In this document: one piece after another, positions 21,152-30,906 of the stretch
Numbering within the stretch: position 1 is the stretch's first letter
Layout: each line of letters begins with the position of its first letter
Assembly (NCBI RefSeq): GCF_000737315.1
Contig: NZ_JMCB01000013.1
Coordinates: 310,001 to 374,000 of the forward strand
Source: Hyalangium minutum
Lineage (GTDB): Bacteria; Myxococcota; Myxococcia; Myxococcales; Myxococcaceae
DNA: 64,000 nt
Direction: 5' to 3'
Position numbers and translations under genes: made by a program
Notes under the pieces: generated by a model
What the model saw: only the letters and a program-made list of their open reading frames with translations
Told to the model about the DNA's origin: nothing
Databases searched by the model: none

Positions 21152-21335
21152 GGGGGCTTCGCGTGGATCCGGATACGTGTGCCCCGCGAGCCCGGGAGAG
21201 CTGGCTTGCATCAGAGTGGACCTCCCCCCATTGGATACAGGAGAGGCCTAACGCGTTGCTTCGAAGGCAGACAGCCACGCGCCGATCAGTGTGGGTTCTT
21301 GAACAGTGCTGTCGGACGCGGAGACAGTATTCGGT

Positions 21336-22040
21336 TCAGAACCGGCCGATGAGCCCTCCCACGATTCCTCCCGAGAGGGTGGGGGTCAGCATGGGCAGGA
21401 CGCGGACGTACTCGTCCTCGTCGCTTTGGGGCGTGTCGCCGCGGCCGGGAGCGACGGCGCGTGAGAGCTCCGGAAAGAAGGCATCCGAGAGCGCGTAGAG
21501 CAACGTGGCTCCGGCCGTGGGTGCGAGCACCAGGAGCATCAGGTGGTCCTTGGTATCTCTGCGGTCCGAGGTGATCAAGAGGGCTGTTGCCAGGGCGGAG
21601 CCCGCAAGCGCCCCCGCCATCACGGCCCCTGTCCGGGCCTCGCCTTTGAGGAGATACCCCATGCCGAGCACGCCGAGCCCGGCCCCCAAAGATGCGCCCA
21701 CACCGAAGCCTGTGTAGAGGGCGGTGTCGAGACACGATGAGCGGCTCGCGTTTGTTGGGCGGCTTTCACACGCCATCACGCCGATGATGAAGGCGGGGAA
21801 GACACCCCCAAGACCCACCAGGCTGCCGGCCAAGATGCCAGCGGGAGGCTGGAGAATGAGCCGGCCGGCAAAGCGGACGGCATACTCCGTGCCCTCCCGG
21901 TGCTCGCGGGGAAACACCTCGCCCCGAGGCGCTGGCTGCGCAGTGGACTCTTCAGCGGGAACGAGGGGCGGGGGCTCAGCGCTCTGGGCGAATCCGGCGG
22001 TTGCCGCGAGCAGGGAAAGACACAGCACAAAACGAGACAT
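21336..22040 (-). CDS. Hypothetical membrane protein with signal peptide
   Basis: Signal peptide followed by Gly-rich hydrophobic segments. Confidence 0.6.
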   Translation of the reverse strand: MSRFVLCLSLLAATAGFAQSAEPPPLVPAEESTAQPAPRGEVFPREHREGTEYAVRFAGRLILQPPAGILAGSLVGLGGVFPAFIIGVMACESRPTNASRSSCLDTALYTGFGVGASLGAGLGVLGMGYLLKGEARTGAVMAGALAGSALATALLITSDRRDTKDHLMLLVLAPTAGATLLYALSDAFFPELSRAVAPGRGDTPQSDEDEYVRVLPMLTPTLSGGIVGGLIGRF

Positions 22041-22082
22041 GGCTGATCCTCATCAGCGGAAGGAGCGGGGCCGGGTGAGAGC

Positions 22083-23366
22083 TCACTTTTTGACGCGAAC
22101 AAGCAACTTGTCGAACATCTTGTCACTGGCGCTGTTCGAAAAGTCAAACGTCAGGGAGTCCGTTGTACTGGTATTGCTCTCGATCGTCTTGAATCCGCTG
22201 GAGAGGCTGCTTCCCTTGGTCGAGATGTTGGTATCGCCGAAGACCGCTGAAACAGCGCTCTTCTTCATGAATGTGCCTACCTTTGAGTTATCGGCCATGC
22301 TGTTCAAGATGTGGCAACCCAACAGCTTGCCCTCCGAATCGGTGCCTTTCCCAAAGACAATCTGCGCGGCGTTGCCTATCGAGGGGGATTCAACCGAGAA
22401 TGAATAGTCTGGGCTGAGAGAAGGAAGGTAGGCCATGGTGATGGAATTGGACGCCTGTGTGCCCTTCTTGCTCAGGAGTGGCCAGGTGAAGGCCTTACTC
22501 CCCTTGAGCAGTTCTTTGGCTCCTTCCTGACCGACCTCGGCGAGGATAATGACGTTGATATCGTGTGTGAGCATCAGCTTGAACAGTTGTTGTGAAAAAC
22601 CCACCGCACCTCGCAGGGAAGTGTCGTGGCTGTTCGGGCTCGTAAAGGGCAGCATGCCTCCGTTTGATCGAATGACGGTCCCGCCCGAGAAGTTATGCGT
22701 GGCATCAAGAGAGTGATAGTAGATGTTGAGGTCAGGGAGGCCCTCTATCTGCGCGTTGAGAATCAGCCCATGATGGTCGCTGAAAACGCCGCTGGAGAAC
22801 CGATTGACGAGGCCGACGAGCGCGATCGTGCCGACCACTTCGTTGTCCTTGCCCAGCAGATCATAGTACTCATCTTCGTCTTGCTCATCTTCGTCTTGCT
22901 CATCCTTGTCAGAGGGCTCCGGCTGGACGAACGTTGGCCTGAAGTTGGGCAGCTTCGCTTTGTCGTCAAGGCCTAGATGAAATTGCAGCGTGGTGATCAT
23001 CTCTCGCAGTTCGTACAGGCAATCCCGCAGCTCGGCGTCCCGGTTCAGAGGAGCCGACAGGGTGCCAAACCCGAAGGGAGGGGATTGCGCGAGCAGTTGA
23101 TCCGCCAGGTCTGCGTTGAGGACCCTCAACTTCTCTTTGACCACCGAGATGCCGAGCGCAGTCGCCTGGCCCCTCTGGGTGAGGCTGGCGGGGGGGCGAA
23201 GCTTTTTCAGCCATTCAGCCCTACTCCCGGGGTCGGGTTTGAATTTGAAGAAGGGGGGGGCTTTGTGTGGGAGCCAGCGGGCCAGTTTGCGTTTGTGCCC
23301 GATGAGCCGTTTGCGTTTGGACCCGGGGGGTGTGCGCTTGCGTTTGCCGTCCCTGACGATTCCCAT
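22083..23366 (-). CDS. AT-richer hypothetical protein with a basic N-terminus and a putative EEP/DNase I-like C-terminal domain
   Basis: Long ORF with a GGAGGGG RBS before ATG 23366. Motifs INVIILAEV, LLGCH, VFGDTN and MFDKLLV occur in EEP order. Confidence 0.55.
   Translation of the reverse strand: MGIVRDGKRKRTPPGSKRKRLIGHKRKLARWLPHKAPPFFKFKPDPGSRAEWLKKLRPPASLTQRGQATALGISVVKEKLRVLNADLADQLLAQSPPFGFGTLSAPLNRDAELRDCLYELREMITTLQFHLGLDDKAKLPNFRPTFVQPEPSDKDEQDEDEQDEDEYYDLLGKDNEVVGTIALVGLVNRFSSGVFSDHHGLILNAQIEGLPDLNIYYHSLDATHNFSGGTVIRSNGGMLPFTSPNSHDTSLRGAVGFSQQLFKLMLTHDINVIILAEVGQEGAKELLKGSKAFTWPLLSKKGTQASNSITMAYLPSLSPDYSFSVESPSIGNAAQIVFGKGTDSEGKLLGCHILNSMADNSKVGTFMKKSAVSAVFGDTNISTKGSSLSSGFKTIESNTSTTDSLTFDFSNSASDKMFDKLLVRVKK
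22869..22904. repeat. 15-bp tandem repeat (about 2.4 copies) encoding an acidic DEQDE linker
   Basis: TCATCTTCGTCTTGC occurs twice, followed by a partial copy. Confidence 0.85.
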
Positions 23367-23499
23367 GATGTATCCCCTCCCCAGAGGCAACGGGCATCTG
23401 CGAAATCTGGGGTCATGACACCTACCATGGGCCTGCGAGGAGGCAACTAACGCCCTGGATGGAGCGCCGGAGGCGGTGCCCCGGCGCCCCAGTCCCCGC

Positions 23500-24500
23500 T
23501 CACCAGAACTTCATCTTCTTGATGGCCTTGGTGGTGCTCTTGGTGACGCTCTTGGCCGTCCTCTCCACGGTCTTGGTGTCCTGGCTCACGCCCTTGCGCA
23601 CGCTGTTGGCCAGCTCCTTGGCCTCCTTCTCTCTCTTGCCGTAGACGTCCTTGAAGACCTTGCTGGTGTGAGCGTCTTGACGGTGAGGTCGCTCGGCGGT
23701 GGCACGCCCGGCGCGTACGTCTTCATGAGCTTCTCGAGCGGGATCGTCTGCTCCCCCTCCAGCTTCGCGTACAGCGAGAAGCCACCGGCGCTGCGTGCCA
23801 TCACCGAGATGGGGACGCCTTCGATCTCGATCGTGCCCATGAGCGTGACAGCGAGCGACGACTGCGGCGCCGTGCCACGAACCTCGAAGCGGCAGGCGAT
23901 ATTGCGGACCACGATCTGGTCTTCCCAGACCTTCCACACGAGGCCCGGCATGCCGACGGTAAAGGTGAGCCCCTCGACGGTGGGCGTCAGGTTCTTCATG
24001 CGGAGGTTGAGCGACACATCCATCAACTCAAGCCGGTCGAGCGCGTCGGCGGCGGCGCGCAGCGGCTCGGGCAGCACCGACGAGATCGCGCTGGTACCCG
24101 CGAGGTCCGCGAGCTGGGTGAGCTTGCCCAGCGTCACGCCCTCGCACCGGGCGTAGAGGAACGCGCGCGGGACGCCCCACTCGAGGTCCGCCGACAGATC
24201 GACCTCGATGTTCGCGCTGGGGATGGACAGCCGGCCCACATAGCCGTTCATCGGCGTGAACGTGCCGTTCTGCGCCTGCCAATCCGTGGACGGAGGGCTG
24301 TAGATGCGCAGCGCCGCCTGGGTGAAGAGCAGCTGTCCCCCCGCGTTGAAGTCGATGCCGAGCGGCGCGCGCAGGTGGATGCCGGGCGCGTCCTGGCGTT
24401 CCCACGGGCGCTGCCACAAGGAGAGCGGCAGCGTCCGGTCGGTCTCCTTGGGGAGGCGGATTGCTCCGTACAAGGTGAGCGGCTTGCCTTCGCCGAGCAT
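23500..24500 (-). pseudogene. Remnant of a large beta-rich protein, internally deleted and probably 5'-truncated
   Basis: Coding-like frame 24500-23671 (MLGEGKP...PPSDLTVKTL) switches at about 23670 to another frame carrying a natural-looking C-terminus (HTSKVFKDVY...KKMKFW*). Confidence 0.55.
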
Positions 24501-24603
24501 GGCCTCGAGCACGCCTGTGCTGCCCGGGCAGGTCGGGCATCTGGCGGCTCGCTCTGGGACGAGGGCAGGGGACACGCGTAAAGCGGAGGAACTGCGTTGG
24601 GCC

Positions 24604-24694
24604 GGAACGCCGCTGCGTTCCAATGGAACGCGGACGCTCCGGGCGGGACTGCTGCACCGCTGCGGAATCCGCACTTCTTCCTGCGGAATCCGCA
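24604..24694. repeat. Cluster of short palindromes
   Basis: GGAACGC/GCGTTCC/GGAACGC alternative hairpins at 24604-24631, and TGCGGA-A-TCCGCA twice (24661 and 24682, 21-bp period). Confidence 0.7.
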
Positions 24695-24739
24695 GTCGCC
24701 CTGCAGCCTTATTCCCGCCAGCCGGTGGCCTGGGCAGGG

Positions 24740-25495
24740 TCAGGGGCCTTGGAGCGTGTGCTGGATGCGTTGCATGCTGCTCTGGTCCACACGAATCAGG
24801 CCACGGCGGGGCGCATCCAGGTCCAGGACCAGGGTCAGCGCGCAGCTGATGACCGCTGGGAGAATGAGCAGCATCTGTGTGGACCGTGAAGGCATGGCCA
24901 GTCCCACGATGAACGTCGCGGCGAGCGAGAAGAAGCCCAGCATCCCCCACGCCTCATGAGGGATGCGGTTCTCCAAGGCCGCCGTGCGTTCCTCGCTCAC
25001 GTCGATCGCCTCGTTCAGCGAGGCGATGTAGCTCGCCATCAGCGCGTCTCTCCTCGAATCCATGGCTTCGGTCGCGCTCTGCCACAATTCCTGCTGCAGC
25101 GCGGCGGTCTGCTGCAACACCTCGCCATACTCAGGCTGCCCCGGGCTCGAAGAGCCAAAGCGCATGCGGACATCCACATAGCGTCGAAGCAGCGTCCGCG
25201 TCCCCGCCCGTTGCGGCTCTGGCAGAATCGATGTTCGCAGCCACGTGGTGCCAATGGCATTGGCCTCGTCCACGACGAGCTTCCGCCTGCCATCGTGCCG
25301 CGATACCGCCATGGAGAAGGTGAAGCCGAGCAGCAGCGCCAGCATGCCGAGCACGGAGGTCTCCAGGGAGTTGAAGTGCTCCTTGTGCCTCGCGGGAATG
25401 AAGTCTTGCTTTCGTTCACGCAGCAACGAGCCGGCCCACCCCGACGCGAACAGGAGCACGAACGACAGCGAAAGAAAAAGGGCGGGCTGGAGCAT
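24740..25495 (-). CDS. DUF4239-like membrane protein
   Basis: LLALLLGFTFSMAVSR...VDEANAIGTTWLR and ILDLD-like LDLDAPRRGLIRV. Confidence 0.78.
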   Translation of the reverse strand: MLQPALFLSLSFVLLFASGWAGSLLRERKQDFIPARHKEHFNSLETSVLGMLALLLGFTFSMAVSRHDGRRKLVVDEANAIGTTWLRTSILPEPQRAGTRTLLRRYVDVRMRFGSSSPGQPEYGEVLQQTAALQQELWQSATEAMDSRRDALMASYIASLNEAIDVSEERTAALENRIPHEAWGMLGFFSLAATFIVGLAMPSRSTQMLLILPAVISCALTLVLDLDAPRRGLIRVDQSSMQRIQHTLQGP

Positions 25496-25603
25496 GAGCG
25501 CCTCCTTCTCGGAACTGTAGCCGGGAAAGGCTGTGCGTCCGCCCGATTCGCCGGAGGAACGTTCGTTGGCGGATTGCGTTGGCTCTGGACTGTCGAGCGC
25601 GCT

Positions 25604-26218
25604 TCACCCCGAGACGGCCTTCCGCACAGCCGAACGTTGCGTATGCCGCTTGACGTATTCCACCAGCTGCGGATGCCCGTCGAGCAGCTTCAGCGTGTTT
25701 GCCAGGTGGAGGATGGACGCCATCACCACATCGGCGGCGGTGAATGCCCCTCCCACGAGGAACTCACGGCCGTCGAGGCCCCCGTTGATGACGTCGAGCA
25801 CGGCCGTGAGGCGCGTCCTGTGCTTCGCGAGCTCTTCATTCGCGTGCGCGCGGGCCTTCTGCTCCTCGGGCAACTGCGCGTGCTTGTAGAACACCATCAC
25901 CGCGGGATCGAGGCTCATCTCGGCGAAGACCATCCAGTGGTAATAAGGGCCGCGCTCCGGAGAGCTCGTCGGCGGCGCCAAGTGCTTCTCCGGGAACCGG
26001 TCGGCCAGATAGAGGCAGATGGCCAGGGACTCCAGCAGCGTGACTTGCCCATCCACCAGGGCGGGGACTTCGCCCAGCGGATGAACCGCCAGGTACTCGG
26101 GGGTGGTGTTCTCCTGTCGAGCGAGATCGAGCCTGACCAGCTCGTAGGGCACTTCGAGTTCCTCCAGCAGCCATCGGGCACGGATCGCTCGGGTTCGAGG
26201 GGCAGAGTAGAGCTTCAT
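25604..26218 (-). CDS. Glutathione S-transferase family protein
   Basis: RARWLLEELEVPYE, HPLGEVPAL, ESLAICLYLAD and FTAADV. Confidence 0.9.
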   Translation of the reverse strand: MKLYSAPRTRAIRARWLLEELEVPYELVRLDLARQENTTPEYLAVHPLGEVPALVDGQVTLLESLAICLYLADRFPEKHLAPPTSSPERGPYYHWMVFAEMSLDPAVMVFYKHAQLPEEQKARAHANEELAKHRTRLTAVLDVINGGLDGREFLVGGAFTAADVVMASILHLANTLKLLDGHPQLVEYVKRHTQRSAVRKAVSG

Positions 26219-26322
26219 GTGGGCGCTCCTGAGGGTGGCGGGAGGCGACAACATGCGACTGCCGAGGGGCCCCAGACAATGCGGCCCCATGCGAACTCAT
26301 TGTCAGGCTAAACTTGACGGTC

Positions 26323-27231
26323 ATGATTTCACCCGCAGACATGATTCTCTTCGCCGCGGTCGTTCGTGCGGAGAGCTTCACCCGGGCCGCGCGCCAGCTC
26401 GGCATCACCAAGCAGACCATCAGCGAGCGCATCAGCAAGCTGGAGGAGCGGCTCGGGGTGCGGCTTCTGGAGCGAACGACGCGGCGTCTGCGGGTCACCG
26501 GGGCTGGAGCGACGTACTACGAGCGCTGCTCCGCCATCGCCGCGCAGATCGACGAGGCGAACAGTGAAGTGCAGCAGCGGCAGGCGGAGCCCGTCGGCCT
26601 GCTGCGGGTCTCCGCGCCGAGGCTCTACGGGCGGCGCTACCTGACACCCGTGATTTCGGAGTACCTCGCCCGCTATCCCCAGGCGCAGGTGGAGCTGGTG
26701 CTGGCAGACCGCCGTATCCACGTCATCGAAGAGGGGCTGGATGTCGCGATTCACATCGGGCCGCTCGACGACTCGTCGCTCGTGGCGAGAAAGCTCGGCG
26801 AGAGTCCGGTCCATTACGTAGCGAGTCCCCGTTTTCTGTCGAAGTACGGCACGCCGAGCGCCCAGGAGCTCCGCTCCGCGCGCTGCATTGGCTTCGGTGC
26901 CTTCGAGACGTGGGAGGCGCAGGGGGTGAAGTCTCGAATCGATCCGGTCCTGATCGTGAATGACCTCGAGCTCGCGTGCGAGGCGGCGATCGCTGGGGTC
27001 GGCATTGCGCGCGTCCCGGCCATCCTCTGCCGAGACGCAGTCCGTGACGGACAGCTGAAGATCCTCTTTGGCCCCAAGCCCGCGATGATGCGGGCCATCC
27101 ACGTCGTCTACCCGAGCCGGCTGAATCTTCCGGCAAAGGTCCGGGTCTTCGTGGATGCCGTGGCAGCGCTGGCCGAGCCGGTGTTGCCGCTGCGCGGCGG
27201 TTCACGGCGCAAGCGCTCGTCAACGCCATAA
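26323..27231 (+). CDS. LysR family transcriptional regulator
   Basis: SFTRAARQLGITKQTISERISKLEERLGVRLLERTTR. Divergent from the GST gene. Confidence 0.92.
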   Translation: MISPADMILFAAVVRAESFTRAARQLGITKQTISERISKLEERLGVRLLERTTRRLRVTGAGATYYERCSAIAAQIDEANSEVQQRQAEPVGLLRVSAPRLYGRRYLTPVISEYLARYPQAQVELVLADRRIHVIEEGLDVAIHIGPLDDSSLVARKLGESPVHYVASPRFLSKYGTPSAQELRSARCIGFGAFETWEAQGVKSRIDPVLIVNDLELACEAAIAGVGIARVPAILCRDAVRDGQLKILFGPKPAMMRAIHVVYPSRLNLPAKVRVFVDAVAALAEPVLPLRGGSRRKRSSTP

Positions 27232-27247
27232 AGGCTCGCCGATGCTC

Positions 27248-27334
27248 CGATGCAAAGCGGTAGACCTCTGTGGGTGGGCGGTCGATCGAGACGCTGATGT
27301 GTCGAACTTCGAGTGGATGCTGTGAGTGAGGCAT
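27248..27334 (-). pseudogene. N-terminal stub of an SRPBCC/polyketide cyclase family gene
   Basis: RHISVSIDRPPTEVYRFAS matches typical SRPBCC N-termini, then the frame degenerates where it meets the LysR 3' end. Confidence 0.5.
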
Positions 27335-27508
27335 CTGGCCTTCTCCGCTGTTTACGCGCAGGGCGAATCGAGCCGCCCCGGCTCGTTTATCGTCCTCTTG
27401 CCTCAGTAATTCAAGCGAGACATGGGAATCCTGCTACGACGGATCCGTGGGCTGTCCAGAAAGTGAGGCATTTTTGAAACACGTTGCTGAATCTGGCGTC
27501 GCGCGGAT

Positions 27509-30500
27509 ATGCCCTTAAGCTGCCCCATCATTTCTTGTCTTGTCTATGCAAGACATGGAGGGGGTTTTCTCTTGCACTCGAAGAACCATGAATGGGCCCG
27601 GTGGCTCACCGCGCTGGCCTGTCTGTTTGCGCTCACGGACTGCACGCGCCAGGAGGCCACGGGCTCAGCGCAGCTCTTCGGCTCGCTTCAGCAATCCGTT
27701 ATTGCCGTCAACATCACGCGCGTGGAGGTAACGGTCACCGCGCCGGACATGGCCTCGCGCACCGAGACGCTCACGAGGACAGATGGTATCTGGAGCGGCA
27801 CTCTCGGCAACCTCCCCTCGGGCTCCAACCGCACCTTCTCCGCCGAGGCCTTCGATACGGCGGGTACGCTGCGCTTCGCGGGCCAGGCCAGCGGCGTGAC
27901 CATCACCGCCGGGCAGACCACGGTGGTGGCCCTCTCGCTTCAGGCCGTGGACACCCCTCCGCCCTTCGACAATGCCGTGCCCATCATCGACTCGCTCGTC
28001 GCTGCGGCGGGGACCGTCGCGCCTGGGGGCTTCCTCTCGCTCGAGGCCACCGCGCACGATGCGGATCCGGGCGACACGCTCTCGTATGCCTGGAGCAGCA
28101 CGGCGGGAGGTTTCTACGCTCCCGCTTCGCCTTCGACGACGTGGTGGGCCCCCACCGAGTCAGGGCCGGTCATGCTGACCCTGACGGTGGCGGACGCTCA
28201 TGGAGCGGTAGCGACGCTCAGCTTCACCATCCAGGTGCAGTCTGCTGGCGGCGCTGCGGCCGTCCAGATCACCTTCAACAGCACCCCCGTTGTCTCCCTG
28301 ATCACCGCGTCGCCTTCGCGGGTGGACGTGGGAGAGACGACGAGGGTGGTGGCCACTGCCTCGGATGGAGATGGCGACGCGCTGGGCTATCAATGGACCG
28401 CGGCCTGCGCGGGGACCTGGTCGGGAGCCTCTTCCGCCACCGCTCAGTTCACCCCGAGCAGCCGCTCTTCGCAGAGCACCTGCGGTGACTGCCCGCTCAC
28501 GGTGACGGTGACGGACGCGCACGGAGGACAGACGACGGGCACCTTGCGCATCTGTGTCGGTCCCCCGCTGGCCGTGCACCTCCCTCCGCGTATCGTCAGC
28601 ACCTATCAGTCCTCGCAAACCGTGCCCACGAGCGGGCCTGTGACATTGCGCGTGGCGGCGAGTGATCCCCAGTCCAGCGCTCTCACCTTCACCTGGGCGG
28701 CGTCCGCTGGGGCGCTGGGAACTCCTTCGAGCGAGCCGGTACGGAGCGAGGTGCAGTGGACCCCGCCCGCGTGCGTGCCCGCCAGCACTCCGCTGTCCAT
28801 CACCGCCACGGTGGTGAACGCCGCGGGCCTGTCCACCTCCACGACCTTTGCGTTGACGGGCGGCTCGGCCTGCACCCCGGGGCTGGGCGGCTTCCGTCCC
28901 ACGAGAGCCTTGGTGGAGGGTGACCACCGAGTGGTGGCGCTGTTGCCCTCGGGCCGGGTGCTCGCCTTGCACAGGACCGGAGCTTCCGCCGAGCTGTATG
29001 ACCCGGCCACGGAGACCTGGTCCTTGACGGCCAACATGGACGCGGGCCACATCGCCCACTCAGCGACGGTGCTGGCCACGGGCAAGGTGCTCGTGGTGAG
29101 GAAGGATGCTGCTGCCGCCGAACTGTACGACCCGGCCACGGGCACGTGGGCTCCCACGGGGAGCCCGCAGAAGCTGAGGGACTATTCCACCGCGACACGG
29201 CTCCTTTCCGGCAAGGTCCTGGTGGTGGGGGGCATTGACGCGGACGCCCGGGGCACTGCGGAGCTCTACGACCCGGTGACGGGCACTTGGACTTCCGCGG
29301 GCACGCTGGTGGCTCGCCGGGTCTTGCATAGCGCCACGCTGTTGCCTTCCGGCAAGGTGCTGGTCGTCGGGGGAGCCGAGAGCACCACCGCCGAGCTGTA
29401 CGACCCCGCGACGGATTCCTGGACGCCCACCAGTGCTCCGATTTTCTCGCACGGGCTGCGGCATACCGCGACCCTGCTTCCCTCCGGACAGGTGTTTGTC
29501 ACGGGAGGGATGACTCAGGTCGCGGAGCTCTACGATGAGGCGACCAGCTCCTGGGCAGCGGCTCCGCCCATGGCCGTGGAGCGCACGTGGCATGCCGCGG
29601 CCCTCTTGCCCTCCGGCAAGGTGCTGGTGACAGGGGGGAGCCTGGGCTCATTGAGCTATGGCACGAGCATGGCGGAGCTGTATGACCCAGCTTCCGGCAC
29701 GTGGACTCGTACGGGCAGCATGGTCATCTCCCGGATGGAGCACACGGCGCTCGTGTTGCCTTCGGGGAGAGTGCTGACCGTGGGGGGCAGTGACGCCCGT
29801 TTCGCCGAGCTCTACGAGCCCACCCTGGGCGCGTGGGCCCCCACTCAGAGCATGGGCCTGGCCCGCTTCCTGAGCCCGGCGACCGTGTTGCCCTCGGGCC
29901 AGGTGCTCGTCTCGGGGGGGATAACCCCCGCCTCCGGGTGGCCCCCGATCTCCTCTGCGGAACTGTACGACGCTGCCACGGGCTCCTGGGCTCCCACCGG
30001 CAACATGATCCGCGAGCGCGTGCTGCACACCGCCACACTCTTGCCCTCGGGCCGGGTGCTCGTTGCCGGCGGCTCTGAGGACGCGACGGCCGAGCTATAC
30101 GAACCCGCCACCGGCTCGTGGCTTTCCGCGGGTGGCATGAGTGAGGTTCGTTATGGGCACACCGCCACGCTCTTACCCTCGGGCAAGGTCCTCGTCGCGG
30201 GTGGCAACGACCTGGCGGCTGCGGAGCTGTATGACCCGGCGACGAACAGCTGGACGCCCACGGGCAGCATGAGCTCGACGCGCACGGGACACACCGCGAC
30301 GTTGTTGCCCTCTGGACGCGTCCTGGCCGTGGGAGGCAATCCGAGCGAGGACCCACCCACGGCCACCGCCGAGCTTTACGACCCAGGCACTGGTACCTGG
30401 ACGCCCGCAAGCCCCCCGATCGCCTTTCCACCCTCGGGCAGCACCGCGACGCTGCTGCTCTCTGGCAAGGTCCTCGTCACGGGGAGGGATGGTTCCGCGC

Positions 30501-30802
30501 AGGAGTACGACTCGGCCGCTGGCACTTGGACCGCTGTGGGCAGGATGCGCCTGGAATTCGATCTGAGAGCGGCGGTGCGGCTGCCCTCCGGCAAGGTGCT
30601 GGTGACCGGGGGCGGGGTGGTGAGCGCGGCCGCGGAGATCTATGATCCGGTCACACGGACCTGGAGCGGCAGTCCCGGGACCATGCTCTCGGCGCGCAGG
30701 TACCACTCGCAGGCGCTGCTGCCCTCGGGGCGAGTGCTGGTGGCGGGCGGCATGACCGAGGGGGGCGAAGTCCTCACGACTGCTGAGCTGTATGGCCCGT
30801 AG
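27509..30802 (+). CDS. Kelch repeat protein with N-terminal Ig/PKD-like domains (probable lipoprotein)
   Basis: Possible lipobox (ALTDC), three YAWSS/YQWTA/FTWAA Ig-like modules, and 14 H.ATLLPSG.VLV.GG...AELYDP repeats. The start codon is uncertain. Confidence 0.85.
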   Translation: MPLSCPIISCLVYARHGGGFLLHSKNHEWARWLTALACLFALTDCTRQEATGSAQLFGSLQQSVIAVNITRVEVTVTAPDMASRTETLTRTDGIWSGTLGNLPSGSNRTFSAEAFDTAGTLRFAGQASGVTITAGQTTVVALSLQAVDTPPPFDNAVPIIDSLVAAAGTVAPGGFLSLEATAHDADPGDTLSYAWSSTAGGFYAPASPSTTWWAPTESGPVMLTLTVADAHGAVATLSFTIQVQSAGGAAAVQITFNSTPVVSLITASPSRVDVGETTRVVATASDGDGDALGYQWTAACAGTWSGASSATAQFTPSSRSSQSTCGDCPLTVTVTDAHGGQTTGTLRICVGPPLAVHLPPRIVSTYQSSQTVPTSGPVTLRVAASDPQSSALTFTWAASAGALGTPSSEPVRSEVQWTPPACVPASTPLSITATVVNAAGLSTSTTFALTGGSACTPGLGGFRPTRALVEGDHRVVALLPSGRVLALHRTGASAELYDPATETWSLTANMDAGHIAHSATVLATGKVLVVRKDAAAAELYDPATGTWAPTGSPQKLRDYSTATRLLSGKVLVVGGIDADARGTAELYDPVTGTWTSAGTLVARRVLHSATLLPSGKVLVVGGAESTTAELYDPATDSWTPTSAPIFSHGLRHTATLLPSGQVFVTGGMTQVAELYDEATSSWAAAPPMAVERTWHAAALLPSGKVLVTGGSLGSLSYGTSMAELYDPASGTWTRTGSMVISRMEHTALVLPSGRVLTVGGSDARFAELYEPTLGAWAPTQSMGLARFLSPATVLPSGQVLVSGGITPASGWPPISSAELYDAATGSWAPTGNMIRERVLHTATLLPSGRVLVAGGSEDATAELYEPATGSWLSAGGMSEVRYGHTATLLPSGKVLVAGGNDLAAAELYDPATNSWTPTGSMSSTRTGHTATLLPSGRVLAVGGNPSEDPPTATAELYDPGTGTWTPASPPIAFPPSGSTATLLLSGKVLVTGRDGSAQEYDSAAGTWTAVGRMRLEFDLRAAVRLPSGKVLVTGGGVVSAAAEIYDPVTRTWSGSPGTMLSARRYHSQALLPSGRVLVAGGMTEGGEVLTTAELYGP

Positions 30803-30848
30803 CGAGCTGTCAGGGAACGGGCGCATCGGGCGATAGGGAGACGGGAGG

Positions 30849-30880
30849 CCCCTGCTCCCAACCGACACGGGGAGCAGGGG
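30849..30880. terminator. Hairpin between convergent genes
   Basis: CCCCTGCTCCC / GGGAGCAGGGG, an 11-bp stem with a 10-nt loop. Confidence 0.6.
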
Positions 30881-30906
30881 TTCCGAAGCCACACCTCAAG
30901 TCAGCT

